From a virus (lineage: Duplodnaviria > Caudoviricetes): 37,618 bases of DNA. The DNA is taken from positions 1-37,618 of the IMG/VR virus record IMGVR_UViG_3300031519_002997, one strand, 5' to 3'. Numbering within the stretch: the stretch's first letter is position 1; every line of letters starts with the position of its first letter. Position numbers and translations under genes: made by a program. This document shows positions 16,795 through 25,903 of this stretch, one piece after another. Below the pieces are notes generated by a model, which saw nothing but the letters and a program-made list of their open reading frames with translations, ran no database searches and was not told the origin of the DNA.

Positions 16795-17477
16795 AAGCTT
16801 ACATTTTAAAACACGACGATAAAGTATCAGACGAGTACGCAAAGTTTTGTTCAGATAGCTGTGATACAGTTGGATTAGATTGGGAATACTTCGAAGGTTG
16901 GTCTCATTGTACTGGTCGTATGGCTTGGTGCGAGACTGGCATTAGAATGAAATACTACGAACCAATGTTAGATATAGATAATCCAACACCAGCGCAAAAA
17001 GCAAACGTATGTTCAGCAGGACACGGAGCAATATGGAAAAAGATTGCCGATGGTCCTGATAATGTTGGCATTGTATTAGAACATGATGCTGTTGTATTAC
17101 ATAACTTTGATGAATCGTTAATCCCAGAGAAAATGATAGTTGCGCTTGGATATAAATTAACGGAACCTTGGAGATACGATCACGAAGCCGCAGGTCCACC
17201 TTATGGTCTTTTAGGTATCGTTGGTCATGAAGGTGCTCACGCTTATGCGATGACAAAGAAAACCGCTCAGTTTTTAGTAGCAGAGATTGAGGAACGTGGT
17301 ACACTAGGAGCTGTTGATAATGCTTATTTTATTACTGGCCAAAGACGCACTGCGGTTCCTTTATCATTGTTACATCCAACACCAGCAATAGGTTATTTAA
17401 GAGAATCTACTATATGGCGAGCATCTGCCGCAGTTAACTATAAGTTTGTTGAGACATTCAAAAAATATTATAAATAA
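16791..17477 (+). CDS. glycosyltransferase, GT25-like
   Basis: CSAGHGAIWKKI, IVLEHDA, GAHAYAMT; ATGA overlap at 16791. Confidence 0.75.
   Translation: MKAYILKHDDKVSDEYAKFCSDSCDTVGLDWEYFEGWSHCTGRMAWCETGIRMKYYEPMLDIDNPTPAQKANVCSAGHGAIWKKIADGPDNVGIVLEHDAVVLHNFDESLIPEKMIVALGYKLTEPWRYDHEAAGPPYGLLGIVGHEGAHAYAMTKKTAQFLVAEIEERGTLGAVDNAYFITGQRRTAVPLSLLHPTPAIGYLRESTIWRASAAVNYKFVETFKKYYK
17469..17476 (+). promoter_or_regulatory. T4-type late promoter
   Basis: TATAAATA overlapping the end of the GT25 gene, upstream of 17511. Confidence 0.75.
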
Positions 17478-17510
17478 AACCATAAAGCAAACTAAAATCA
17501 GGAATAACAC

Positions 17511-19292
17511 ATGAATCCTTTGTACGAAAAAGATTCCACCTCAATGGCGTCGGCGTCTATCGATGATTACAACGATGAAGACAAATCTAATCAGGCGTCT
17601 AATAAAGACATCAAGAAGAGGAAAGACTCTAAAAAGGATCAAGATAACAGCAAAGGTATCATTAAGAAAGATACTGTCGCATCCTTTGATGCTGAAAAGT
17701 ATGTTGATACCGAACCGCGTATTAACGAAGCTCTCGATAAGAAAGCTGTTATAACTTTTGGCCGTATGAACCCTCCAACTGTTGGTCACGAAAAATTATT
17801 GAATAAGATGATTAAGACTGCCATTGATGTTAAAGGTACTCCATTAGTATATCTGTCTAAAACTCAAGATGCTAAAAAGAATCCATTATCGTATAACGAC
17901 AAAATCAAATTTGCACAATTAATGTTTGGTAAGAAGTACGTTATTAAATCAGAAGCAAGAACCATTATCGAAGTAGCAAAAGAACTACAGAAAAAATATA
18001 GTGATCTTGTGATAGTTGTTGGATCTGATAGAGTTAGAGAATTCGATACTTTATTAAACAAGTATAATGGAAAAGAATATCAGTATAATTCTATTGAGGT
18101 TGTATCAGCTGGTGAAAGAGATCCTGACTCTGAAGGCGTTGACGGTATGTCCGCAAGCAAGATGAGAGCATTAGCAGTCGATGGCGATATGGCTGAATTC
18201 TCAAAAGGCGTTCCTTCTACAAATAATACATTAGTTAAATCTTTATATACAGCAGTTCGTAAAGGATTAGGTATTAGAGAAGCGATGAATAATGCAGTTG
18301 ACCAATTCATGGCAGAAAGAGTTAAAGCTGGTAAGGTAGATCCTTTATCTGCAATGGGCAAACAAAAGTTAACTGGTGCTGAAGTATCAGATTATTATAA
18401 AAAGAATCCTATAGCAAAGGCAGCTGCTGCTAGAGATAAGAATGTTAAGCTAGGTATTGAACTCGCTTTGGATCTTTCGGGTAATATGAATTACGCTGTT
18501 AAAGAAGTAGATAAGTTAAAGAAGAATCTATCCAAACATCCTGAAGTTCAAAAAGCTTTACGCCATGCAAACGAATCCGTTAATCCTACCTTATATAAAG
18601 CTGCTACTTTTCAAGAAAGATTAAAACTTGAAGACGAAGAAAAGAAATCAAAGCAGCAGAAACAACAGCCTGGGTATTATAAAGATATGGGAGGTTCTAC
18701 TGCAGATAAGCGTCAAGCTCAGTTCAATAAACAATCTGATATGAATGATGATGATCCTAAGGCATATAAGCCTGCTCCTGGAGATGCATCTGCTGAGACT
18801 AAACCATCCAAACATTCTAATAAATTCAAGAAGATGTTTGGTGAATCTGTAAAGCCAAATATGGAACGAGCTGGTTTAAAAAGACCACATAAACTCCTAA
18901 GACAAGATGGTACTGTTAATTACGATTATAGATTTAAAATGTATACGGCCGCTAAGGAATTAGATGCTGCTATGCAACAACGATCTGCAATTCGACAACA
19001 AGTTACAGAACAAAGAATCTCCGAGATTGAAACGATAATGGAACAGGCTGAGTTTGTTAACGAAGCAAGCAATCCAGAAAAATCTTTGAAAGATAAAGCC
19101 AAGAAATCAGGAATGCCCTACGGAATATTAAAGAAAGTATTTGATCGTGGAGTGGCTGCTTGGAGAACTGGTCATCGCCCAGGAACAACACCAGTACAAT
19201 GGGGATTAGCAAGAGTAAACAGTTTTGCTACTAAATCACCTGGTACTTGGGGCAAAGCCGATAAAGATTTAGCAGATAAAGTTAATGGATAA
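17511..19292 (+). CDS. multidomain protein: HIGH-type (cytidylyltransferase-like) nucleotidyltransferase plus a C-terminal DUF5824-like domain
   Basis: TFGRMNPPTVGH, KNPL, VVGSDR, MSASKMR; C-terminus KVFDRGVAAWRTGHRPG...QWGLARVNSF. Confidence 0.8.
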   Translation: MNPLYEKDSTSMASASIDDYNDEDKSNQASNKDIKKRKDSKKDQDNSKGIIKKDTVASFDAEKYVDTEPRINEALDKKAVITFGRMNPPTVGHEKLLNKMIKTAIDVKGTPLVYLSKTQDAKKNPLSYNDKIKFAQLMFGKKYVIKSEARTIIEVAKELQKKYSDLVIVVGSDRVREFDTLLNKYNGKEYQYNSIEVVSAGERDPDSEGVDGMSASKMRALAVDGDMAEFSKGVPSTNNTLVKSLYTAVRKGLGIREAMNNAVDQFMAERVKAGKVDPLSAMGKQKLTGAEVSDYYKKNPIAKAAAARDKNVKLGIELALDLSGNMNYAVKEVDKLKKNLSKHPEVQKALRHANESVNPTLYKAATFQERLKLEDEEKKSKQQKQQPGYYKDMGGSTADKRQAQFNKQSDMNDDDPKAYKPAPGDASAETKPSKHSNKFKKMFGESVKPNMERAGLKRPHKLLRQDGTVNYDYRFKMYTAAKELDAAMQQRSAIRQQVTEQRISEIETIMEQAEFVNEASNPEKSLKDKAKKSGMPYGILKKVFDRGVAAWRTGHRPGTTPVQWGLARVNSFATKSPGTWGKADKDLADKVNG

Positions 19293-20121
19293 ATATATTG
19301 AAGATGGTGGTGCTGGCGATTGGGGAACCGATAAAGCTCGTGCAAAATTACAACAAGACTCACCGGGTCAAAAAATTAAACGGAAGGAAAAAATGAAAAG
19401 ATTTAGAGACATGCTCGAAGGAGTTGAAGAAGTAGTAGTAGAGGCAAAAGATTGGTATTCTTTTAATACAAAGAAACTTGCTACTGATTTTGCTAAGGCA
19501 GTTAAAAATAAGAATGCTGACGATGGCGATCTAGATAAGTGGTTGGACGGTTTCGCTAAGAAGAGTGGTATCAAACCTAACGATCGCAAAATGGATCAAG
19601 ATATCGCCAACGATATCGTCTTTGATCTTGCCAAGATGGGTTATAAAAAGATCGATGCGTATGATCTAAATACTTTTGAAGTTGATGAATCCGTTAAAGA
19701 AGGTACTTTACCACCTGCTCTTCAAGCCTATCAAGATAAGAAAAATGGCAAGAAGCCTAAAGATGATAAGGACGAAGTTGATGAAGGTAGAGTAAAGGAT
19801 CAAATGGTTAAAGATTCTGAGAAGATGTCTAAGAAAGACTTCACTAGGAAGTACGGTAAACAAAACGCAGATGATCTTTATGAAGCAATGGACGATTGGA
19901 CTATAACTGTTGCCAAACCGGTTAATAAACTCAAGAAAGGTCAAGAACAAAAAGTTAAAGCTCGTTCAGCCTTTGAAGCAATCAATAAAGCCGTTAAGCT
20001 GTGGGGAGATCCTGCTCTTAAAGCTGCGCCAATAAGTTCTTTTAGTATTAAGAAAGAAGGCAAAGATTGGGATTTGATTGAAAACATTGATGTTGAAACC
20101 TTTGCGAAATTAATCAGCTAA
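19285..20121 (+). CDS. hypothetical Lys/Asp-rich modular protein
   Basis: 278 aa; possible internal start at 19393 (SD AAGGA, MKRFRDMLE). Confidence 0.75.
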   Translation: MDKYIEDGGAGDWGTDKARAKLQQDSPGQKIKRKEKMKRFRDMLEGVEEVVVEAKDWYSFNTKKLATDFAKAVKNKNADDGDLDKWLDGFAKKSGIKPNDRKMDQDIANDIVFDLAKMGYKKIDAYDLNTFEVDESVKEGTLPPALQAYQDKKNGKKPKDDKDEVDEGRVKDQMVKDSEKMSKKDFTRKYGKQNADDLYEAMDDWTITVAKPVNKLKKGQEQKVKARSAFEAINKAVKLWGDPALKAAPISSFSIKKEGKDWDLIENIDVETFAKLIS

Positions 20122-20657
20122 TGAAAACCTTTAAACAGTATTGTGAAGCAGACGGCTGTTGGTCTGGGTACAAAAAAGTTGGAATGAAAAAGAAGAACGG
20201 TAAAGACGTTCCTAACTGTGTACCCGAATCCAAGGAGCTGGAGGAATTGAACACGAACCAATTAATTAAGAAGTTCGCAGCTGATACAATATTCAAAAAG
20301 AAATACATGGCAGGCGTTGCTAAAGTAAAAGAAATCATGTTTAAACATGGTGATAAGCCAAGACATGGTAAAGAGTACTATGCAGGTAAGATTGCACAAC
20401 AATTTAATTTAGATCCCCATGTACTTGCCTTAATGGTTGATGAACAGTTATCAGAAGGTTCAGAAACATGGGATGACGGATATAAACGCAGAGTTGTTAA
20501 AACAACAAAGCCGGAACATAAAGCTGATGGCTACGAATGGCGTATCAAAGGCAAAGATAAAGATAACCTATCAATTAAACTATACAAAACCAAACCTGAC
20601 CAAGCAGAATTTGAAAAACAAATGAAGCGAGTCGCAGGCCACGAATTCGGAGGATGA
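20121..20657 (+). CDS. hypothetical modular protein with a CWxGY...VPNCV module
   Basis: MKTFKQYCE then CWSGYKKVGMKKKNGKDVPNCVP. Confidence 0.78.
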   Translation: MKTFKQYCEADGCWSGYKKVGMKKKNGKDVPNCVPESKELEELNTNQLIKKFAADTIFKKKYMAGVAKVKEIMFKHGDKPRHGKEYYAGKIAQQFNLDPHVLALMVDEQLSEGSETWDDGYKRRVVKTTKPEHKADGYEWRIKGKDKDNLSIKLYKTKPDQAEFEKQMKRVAGHEFGG

Positions 20658-21856
20658 ACGTGAAAGACAGACAAATAGACGCAGAAATCAAGAAAGGGAT
20701 TGACGCTCGCACAAAAGAGTTTAAAGAGAAGATTACTAAACTTGCATACGCACAGATCAAAAAGCAGTTAGTCCCATCAGCTGAACCGTTAAAAGGTTAT
20801 CCGCATAACGAATCAATTGATGAAGCGCGGAAGATGCCGAAGAATCCTGCTATTGATAACGATCCAAAAGTTAAAGATGCGCGCAAAGATCATGCCGCAG
20901 GTATTTGGGATGGTAACGTTGATAAAGAAGGTGAAGCTATTGTATTTGTTAAAGGTAAGCCATATACAGTAACTAACAAATACGAATCAATTGAAGAATC
21001 AGTAGGCAAGGCCGTTAACGGTTTAAATGATCTTGGTAACAAAATGAAAGGCCGAGATCAGAAAGACATAAGACGTATCGAAAAGCTATATAGATCTGGT
21101 AATAATAAAGTATTCCAAGGTGCTATAAGAGCATTGGATACAGACCTTAGAGATCAGGTTAAGGATATTTTTGATGCATTAGGCATGGTTAAGCAAGGTG
21201 TTATTGAATCAGTTGATCTTACCGAAGGCAAGATGAAAGACTTCCACGACATGGTAAAGAAAGGCATGACTGCTAAACAGATTGCCAAGAAGATTGGTTT
21301 GCCTGAGAAAGATGTAGCAGAGTTCATGAAAGGAATGAATGAATCAGTTGTTATAGTTGATGAACAGATACTCGAAGCAGTTACTGCTGGTAAAGGTAAA
21401 GAGACTATTGATATTGATTACATAGGCGACAAGAAGCTAACTGCTAAGATCGAAAAGAAATATAAAGTTAAAGTTAAAGTGACTGGTAATACAATGGCTG
21501 ATGTTTCTGGTGCTAAGAAAGACATTGTTACTTTCCTATCTCAAATGCATATGCTGGATGATTCTGATATTAAAGATCTATATCCAGAATTGCTTGAAGG
21601 TAAGCAGATGTCGAAAGTATCTGATATGACTGAAAGAGCAATGACTCTACCACAAATTGCTAACAAGTATAAAGCTGATATTGCTAAAGCTCAGAAATCT
21701 GGTAGTACTGCTAGTTTAAAGAAAGCTGAAAAGGAATTAATTGCTTGGGCAATGGCTAACAATGAAATCGGTAATGCTAAAGAAGCCGGTGATTGGTTAG
21801 ACAACGTAGTCGCTGATAAAGATCAGTTTGCAGCCTTGCTTAAATTTAACAGCTAA
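20654..21856 (+). CDS. hypothetical modular protein
   Basis: 400 aa of basic modules separated by ES(I/V)xE-type linkers; ATGA coupling to the upstream gene. Confidence 0.78.
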   Translation: MNVKDRQIDAEIKKGIDARTKEFKEKITKLAYAQIKKQLVPSAEPLKGYPHNESIDEARKMPKNPAIDNDPKVKDARKDHAAGIWDGNVDKEGEAIVFVKGKPYTVTNKYESIEESVGKAVNGLNDLGNKMKGRDQKDIRRIEKLYRSGNNKVFQGAIRALDTDLRDQVKDIFDALGMVKQGVIESVDLTEGKMKDFHDMVKKGMTAKQIAKKIGLPEKDVAEFMKGMNESVVIVDEQILEAVTAGKGKETIDIDYIGDKKLTAKIEKKYKVKVKVTGNTMADVSGAKKDIVTFLSQMHMLDDSDIKDLYPELLEGKQMSKVSDMTERAMTLPQIANKYKADIAKAQKSGSTASLKKAEKELIAWAMANNEIGNAKEAGDWLDNVVADKDQFAALLKFNS

Positions 21857-21874
21857 TCTGAGTTAATTATATTT

Positions 21875-23323
21875 ATGAAATCAATGTCGGAATATAACCG
21901 GTCTCCGCTTGCTGAAGAAGCAGAAGCACTACCGTATGATAAACTTCATATTGTAGTGCTAGGGACAGGCGATGGCGATGGAACATTCGCTGATATCGTC
22001 GAAGAGGTTTCGGTTAAAAGAAATATTAAGTATGATTTCGTTGATGTTACTAAAGCGTATTTAGGCGATTCTGATATTGATATTGGAACAGTTAAACTAC
22101 GTAACGTTGATGGTAAGAATACTGATATAGATATAGAAACAAATAATTCTATTGTGTTTGTACGAGCAGGAGCAATTGGAAGCCTTACATCACAGGCCTT
22201 TATATCCTCTTTACAAGACATTGGATTTTTACTTGTTAACGATCTAGATTCAATGTTAGTATGTGACAACAAAATGTCCAACGCGCTATTGTTGGGTCGT
22301 AACAATATACCAATTCCAAGAACCTCGTCTATACCTAATGAAGCTTCTATTGAAGATGCTCACAAAAGAGTTGGTGGAAAGTTCCCTGTTATTATTAAAA
22401 CACTAAAAGGAACTCAAGGTGTTGGTGTAATGAAGATTGATAGTATGTCTTCGTTAACTGGTGTATGTCAAAGTTTATGGAAATATAATGCCGATCTGTT
22501 AATTCAAGAATTCTTTGAAATGAAATCAGATATCCGTACTTTAGTTGTTGGTGGTAAAATATTAGCAGCAGCCGAACGTATACAAGCACCAGACAATAAA
22601 GATTTTAGAAACAATGTACACCAAGGTGCAACTACTGAACCTTATAGTTTAAGTAAGAAAGAGATAGATGTTATTAAAGCAGCTGCTCGTGCTACGGGTG
22701 CTGTATATTGTGGAGTGGATCATTTTGTTGATAAGAAAGGCAATCCTTATATTATCGAAGTAAATGGTTCTCCAGGTATTCGTTCTCACTTTGAAGGATA
22801 CGATCCTTGGACTGAGGAAGCTCAAGGTAAAGTATCTGATAAAGATGTAGTGGAAAGTATTATACAATTCTTTTCTAAAGATGTCAATAGAAGACCTATA
22901 TTTAGACAGGAAGCAGGATATCTCGAAACGATTATATTTACAGGAATGGAAAAGAATCCAGTCCGCGCTAAATTTGATACAGGTAATAGTACTAAAGCAA
23001 GTATGTTACACGTTGATAAATTAGAAGTAAAAGGCAAAAAGGTATTTTGGGAAAAGAACGGATATAAATTCGAAGACGAATTAATGTATATCTCAAAGGC
23101 AACTCGTGGCCAAGAATCATTTGATGACAGACCTGTAATTGAACACGAAATATACTTTAATAATAAACACCATATTGCTGAGATTGCTTTATCATTAAAA
23201 GATACTGCTTCAGAGATGTTAGTGAATCGCAAGTTAATGACAAAGTTCAAAGTAGCGGTGAATCCTAACAGAAGATTTATACTGAGTAATAAAACAGATA
23301 AGAATGACGAGAGCGATCACTAA
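21875..23323 (+). CDS. rimK: RimK-like ATP-grasp ligase fused to a retropepsin-like (RimB-type) protease domain
   Basis: DNKM, IPIPRT, PVIIKTLKGTQGVGV, LIQEF, DIRTLVVGG, FRNNVHQG, IIEVNGSPG; C-terminal VRAKFDTGN...LVNRKLM. Confidence 0.88.
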   Translation: MKSMSEYNRSPLAEEAEALPYDKLHIVVLGTGDGDGTFADIVEEVSVKRNIKYDFVDVTKAYLGDSDIDIGTVKLRNVDGKNTDIDIETNNSIVFVRAGAIGSLTSQAFISSLQDIGFLLVNDLDSMLVCDNKMSNALLLGRNNIPIPRTSSIPNEASIEDAHKRVGGKFPVIIKTLKGTQGVGVMKIDSMSSLTGVCQSLWKYNADLLIQEFFEMKSDIRTLVVGGKILAAAERIQAPDNKDFRNNVHQGATTEPYSLSKKEIDVIKAAARATGAVYCGVDHFVDKKGNPYIIEVNGSPGIRSHFEGYDPWTEEAQGKVSDKDVVESIIQFFSKDVNRRPIFRQEAGYLETIIFTGMEKNPVRAKFDTGNSTKASMLHVDKLEVKGKKVFWEKNGYKFEDELMYISKATRGQESFDDRPVIEHEIYFNNKHHIAEIALSLKDTASEMLVNRKLMTKFKVAVNPNRRFILSNKTDKNDESDH

Positions 23324-23541
23324 TGCAATCATTAAAACAATTTATGACAGAAGCTAAAATAGTAAAAGGTTCTGAAGTTAAATTCAAACCAAAGTTTGCT
23401 GAATCACCAGCAGAAGCAAAGCTTGTTTTTATTGTACTGGATCTACGCGGTCCTCGAGTTCTAATTTCACCAAGAGACTGGAAGATGGGTATTGCACCAT
23501 CTGAGTCCGTTCCAATGAATACTATAGAGTTAGTCAAATGA
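23323..23541 (+). CDS. hypothetical protein
   Basis: 72 aa, N-terminus MQSLKQFMTE, coupled to neighbours. Confidence 0.7.
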   Translation: MQSLKQFMTEAKIVKGSEVKFKPKFAESPAEAKLVFIVLDLRGPRVLISPRDWKMGIAPSESVPMNTIELVK

Positions 23542-23906
23542 AAACATTTAAATCTTGGGAGGCAGAGAAGTTTGGATTATACGAAGGTGTAACTGTACCA
23601 TTGGATCAACCGATGATAGAGGCAGAAGATCCTGAGTTGAATAAACCAAAACGATCAAGCGGTAATAAGAAATATGTTGTGTATGTAAACAACCCTAAAA
23701 CCGGTAATGTAAAGAAGATAGAATTTGGAGATGAGAAAGGTGGCCTTACATCTAAGATCAATGATAAAGACGCAGCTCGAAACTTTGCGTCAAGACACAA
23801 CTGCGATACTAAAACAGATAAACTCTCCGCAGGATATTGGGCCTGTAGATTACCTAAGTATGCAAGTGACCTCGGTCTTAAAGGTGGCGGATCTTATTTT
23901 TGGTAA
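23538..23906 (+). CDS. conserved viral hypothetical protein (FGD...RH.C...AGYWAC family)
   Basis: KKYVVYV, KKIEFGD, RNFASRHNC, SAGYWACR. Confidence 0.78.
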   Translation: MKTFKSWEAEKFGLYEGVTVPLDQPMIEAEDPELNKPKRSSGNKKYVVYVNNPKTGNVKKIEFGDEKGGLTSKINDKDAARNFASRHNCDTKTDKLSAGYWACRLPKYASDLGLKGGGSYFW

Positions 23907-24156
23907 ACCGTATATTGAAGATGGCGATACTCGAACTTTTGACGTAGATAAAAGTCAGGATGAATATGTTTGGCATCGAGATAGAGAAGACCGACATATT
24001 GAAGTAATAGCAGGGGCAGGTTGGAGATTTCAACCAGAAAATTGTTTGCCATTTCTATTACAGCCAGGGTTAGAGTTTGACATTAAGAAGAATGAATATC
24101 ACAGATTAATTAAAGGCGAATCTGATTTAAAGATTAAGATAACCAGATTGTTATAA
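23884..24156 (+). CDS. cupin-like protein
   Basis: WHRDREDR and YHRLIKG cupin motifs; start uncertain, GTG 23884 chosen over 23725. Confidence 0.7.
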   Translation: MADLIFGKPYIEDGDTRTFDVDKSQDEYVWHRDREDRHIEVIAGAGWRFQPENCLPFLLQPGLEFDIKKNEYHRLIKGESDLKIKITRLL

Positions 24157-24178
24157 ATAAACATAGAACATATAAATA
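24152..24178 (+). promoter_or_regulatory. tandem T4-type late promoters
   Basis: TATAAATA at 24152-24159 and 24171-24178. Confidence 0.8.
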
Positions 24179-24191
24179 ATAGGAGTCCATC

Positions 24192-24422
24192 ATGGATTGG
24201 AAAGCAATTATAGAAAGTAAGATTGAATCTCAGGTAATGTCCCGTCTAAAGAACGAGGAAGACTCCGAGTATCAAAAGTTCTTTCAAACCGTATTGAAGA
24301 AATTTAAAGTAGATTCGCCAGCCGAACTTGACGATGCAGGAAAGAAGAAATTCTTTGACTATATCGACGCAAACTGGGAAGGCGAAGATGAAAAGGCCGA
24401 AGAAGTAAAGGTCGGCGAATAA
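24192..24422 (+). CDS. hypothetical protein
   Basis: SD AGGAG; YQKFF...FFDYIDANW. Confidence 0.78.
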   Translation: MDWKAIIESKIESQVMSRLKNEEDSEYQKFFQTVLKKFKVDSPAELDDAGKKKFFDYIDANWEGEDEKAEEVKVGE

Positions 24423-24455
24423 TAACAATAATAATAAATTCGAAGGAGAATTAAC

Positions 24456-24773
24456 ATGGCACAATGGGGAAAAACAGATACTGCTGCAGACGCACCCAAG
24501 TATCTAGAAGCAGACGCTAATAATACTAACAAGTCACATGATGCTGATAACGCAGTTTTTGTTGACTTAACAGAAGCAGGTATTGCGGCGAACAGAGCGA
24601 AGGGTCTTAAAACACCTGGTTGGAACTTGTATCATACGTACAATGATCAAAATGGCGTAGCACGTCATAAAGTAGAATCATTAGTACCTATGAAGGTTAC
24701 TGCTGTTGTTGCTGGTGACGTAGGTATTACTGGTGATACTGCCGATGAAGATGCTATCGTAGTTGACGCATAA
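24456..24773 (+). CDS. hypothetical protein, probably structural
   Basis: SD AAGGAG; MAQWG...KTPGW...RHKVESLV. Confidence 0.75.
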   Translation: MAQWGKTDTAADAPKYLEADANNTNKSHDADNAVFVDLTEAGIAANRAKGLKTPGWNLYHTYNDQNGVARHKVESLVPMKVTAVVAGDVGITGDTADEDAIVVDA

Positions 24774-24796
24774 ATTAACTAAATAATTATTATATT

Positions 24797-25171
24797 ATGA
24801 TATTGACAGAGTCAACCTTTCTACTTTATGCTATGAAACACTATGACAATCCTCAGTGTACTGAGATGTCAGAGTTCGAAGAAGATATTAAGAGATTTCA
24901 GTATCTCCGTAAACTCTTTAGTAGATATAGACAAGATAACGAGTTGAAGGAAAGGTTGATTTTGAACCATCTCATTGTTATATACAATGTGTTTGGTATG
25001 CAGGCAACGAATATGCTTTTCATGCGATTACATGAATACCACGAATACTTAAAACCATTCGTGGAGTATTTGAACTTTATGCCTGAACTGTTAGTATACG
25101 ACGACAATGCGCTGTCTCAACATTCGATCACAACTGATTTGTTTATTGAAAACAGACTAAAGGAAATTTAA
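24797..25171 (+). CDS. conserved T4-like hypothetical protein
   Basis: FLLYAMKHYDNPQC...EFEEDIKRF...ERLILNHLI. Confidence 0.8.
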   Translation: MILTESTFLLYAMKHYDNPQCTEMSEFEEDIKRFQYLRKLFSRYRQDNELKERLILNHLIVIYNVFGMQATNMLFMRLHEYHEYLKPFVEYLNFMPELLVYDDNALSQHSITTDLFIENRLKEI

Positions 25172-25894
25172 ATGGTAGTAGATCTATTTTTAGTATACTC
25201 GTTCATTCGAAAGTTGGTAACACCTTTTGAAAAGTGGGCTGCGTATAAACTGGACATTATTGACGATAAAGGTACAATCCTTAAGTCACGTAAAGATTTT
25301 ACTACATTAGAACAAAGAAAAGCCTTTGGTGTATTTGACCAAATGGTACTGAACATGAAAAAGCTACTGGGCAAACTCCCCGGTGGTCAAACAAAACTTG
25401 CTTCTTACGCTGCAGCCCTTTGGTTGATACGCGAAGAGCAACGTCTCGACGCAACTAACCTTATTACAGAATCTGCTATTGAGGAAGACATTGAGTCAGC
25501 CTTACAGCGGTTTGTTTCTGAGAACGGTACAATAATTGCAGAGGCAGCAAAGAAAGATATAGATGAAGAACCAGCAAACTCAGTAGGTGGTGGTGCCATA
25601 GCAGGTTTGGGTATAGGTCCTGACGGAGAGCCGGGGGTATCTAAAAAGAATCAAAAGAAACACAAGAAACGTATTCGCGATATCATGGGTACTGTTGCTA
25701 TTAAAGAAGACGCTGTTGCTTCCGCTCGATTAAAAGCAAATCAAGCAGAAGAATCTGAACGTCTAAAAGATGAGCAGGAAAAGGCGAAAGAAAAATTAAA
25801 ATTAAAACATGATGCTGAAGTTGAAAGGCAAAAAGGTATTGACGAGGTTGAGAAACAGCGCGAAGCCCAACAGAAGCAACGTGATAAAGAGTAG
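25172..25894 (+). CDS. conserved T4-like hypothetical protein
   Basis: LVTPFEKWAAYKLDIID...ASYAAALWLI; charged coiled-coil C-terminus. Confidence 0.8.
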   Translation: MVVDLFLVYSFIRKLVTPFEKWAAYKLDIIDDKGTILKSRKDFTTLEQRKAFGVFDQMVLNMKKLLGKLPGGQTKLASYAAALWLIREEQRLDATNLITESAIEEDIESALQRFVSENGTIIAEAAKKDIDEEPANSVGGGAIAGLGIGPDGEPGVSKKNQKKHKKRIRDIMGTVAIKEDAVASARLKANQAEESERLKDEQEKAKEKLKLKHDAEVERQKGIDEVEKQREAQQKQRDKE

Positions 25895-25903
25895 GATAAG
25901 TAA

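Noticed and set aside
23725-23883. Long N-terminal extension of the cupin ORF in the track
   Set aside because: It overlaps the upstream gene by about 180 bp; the cupin-like sequence starts only near 23884.
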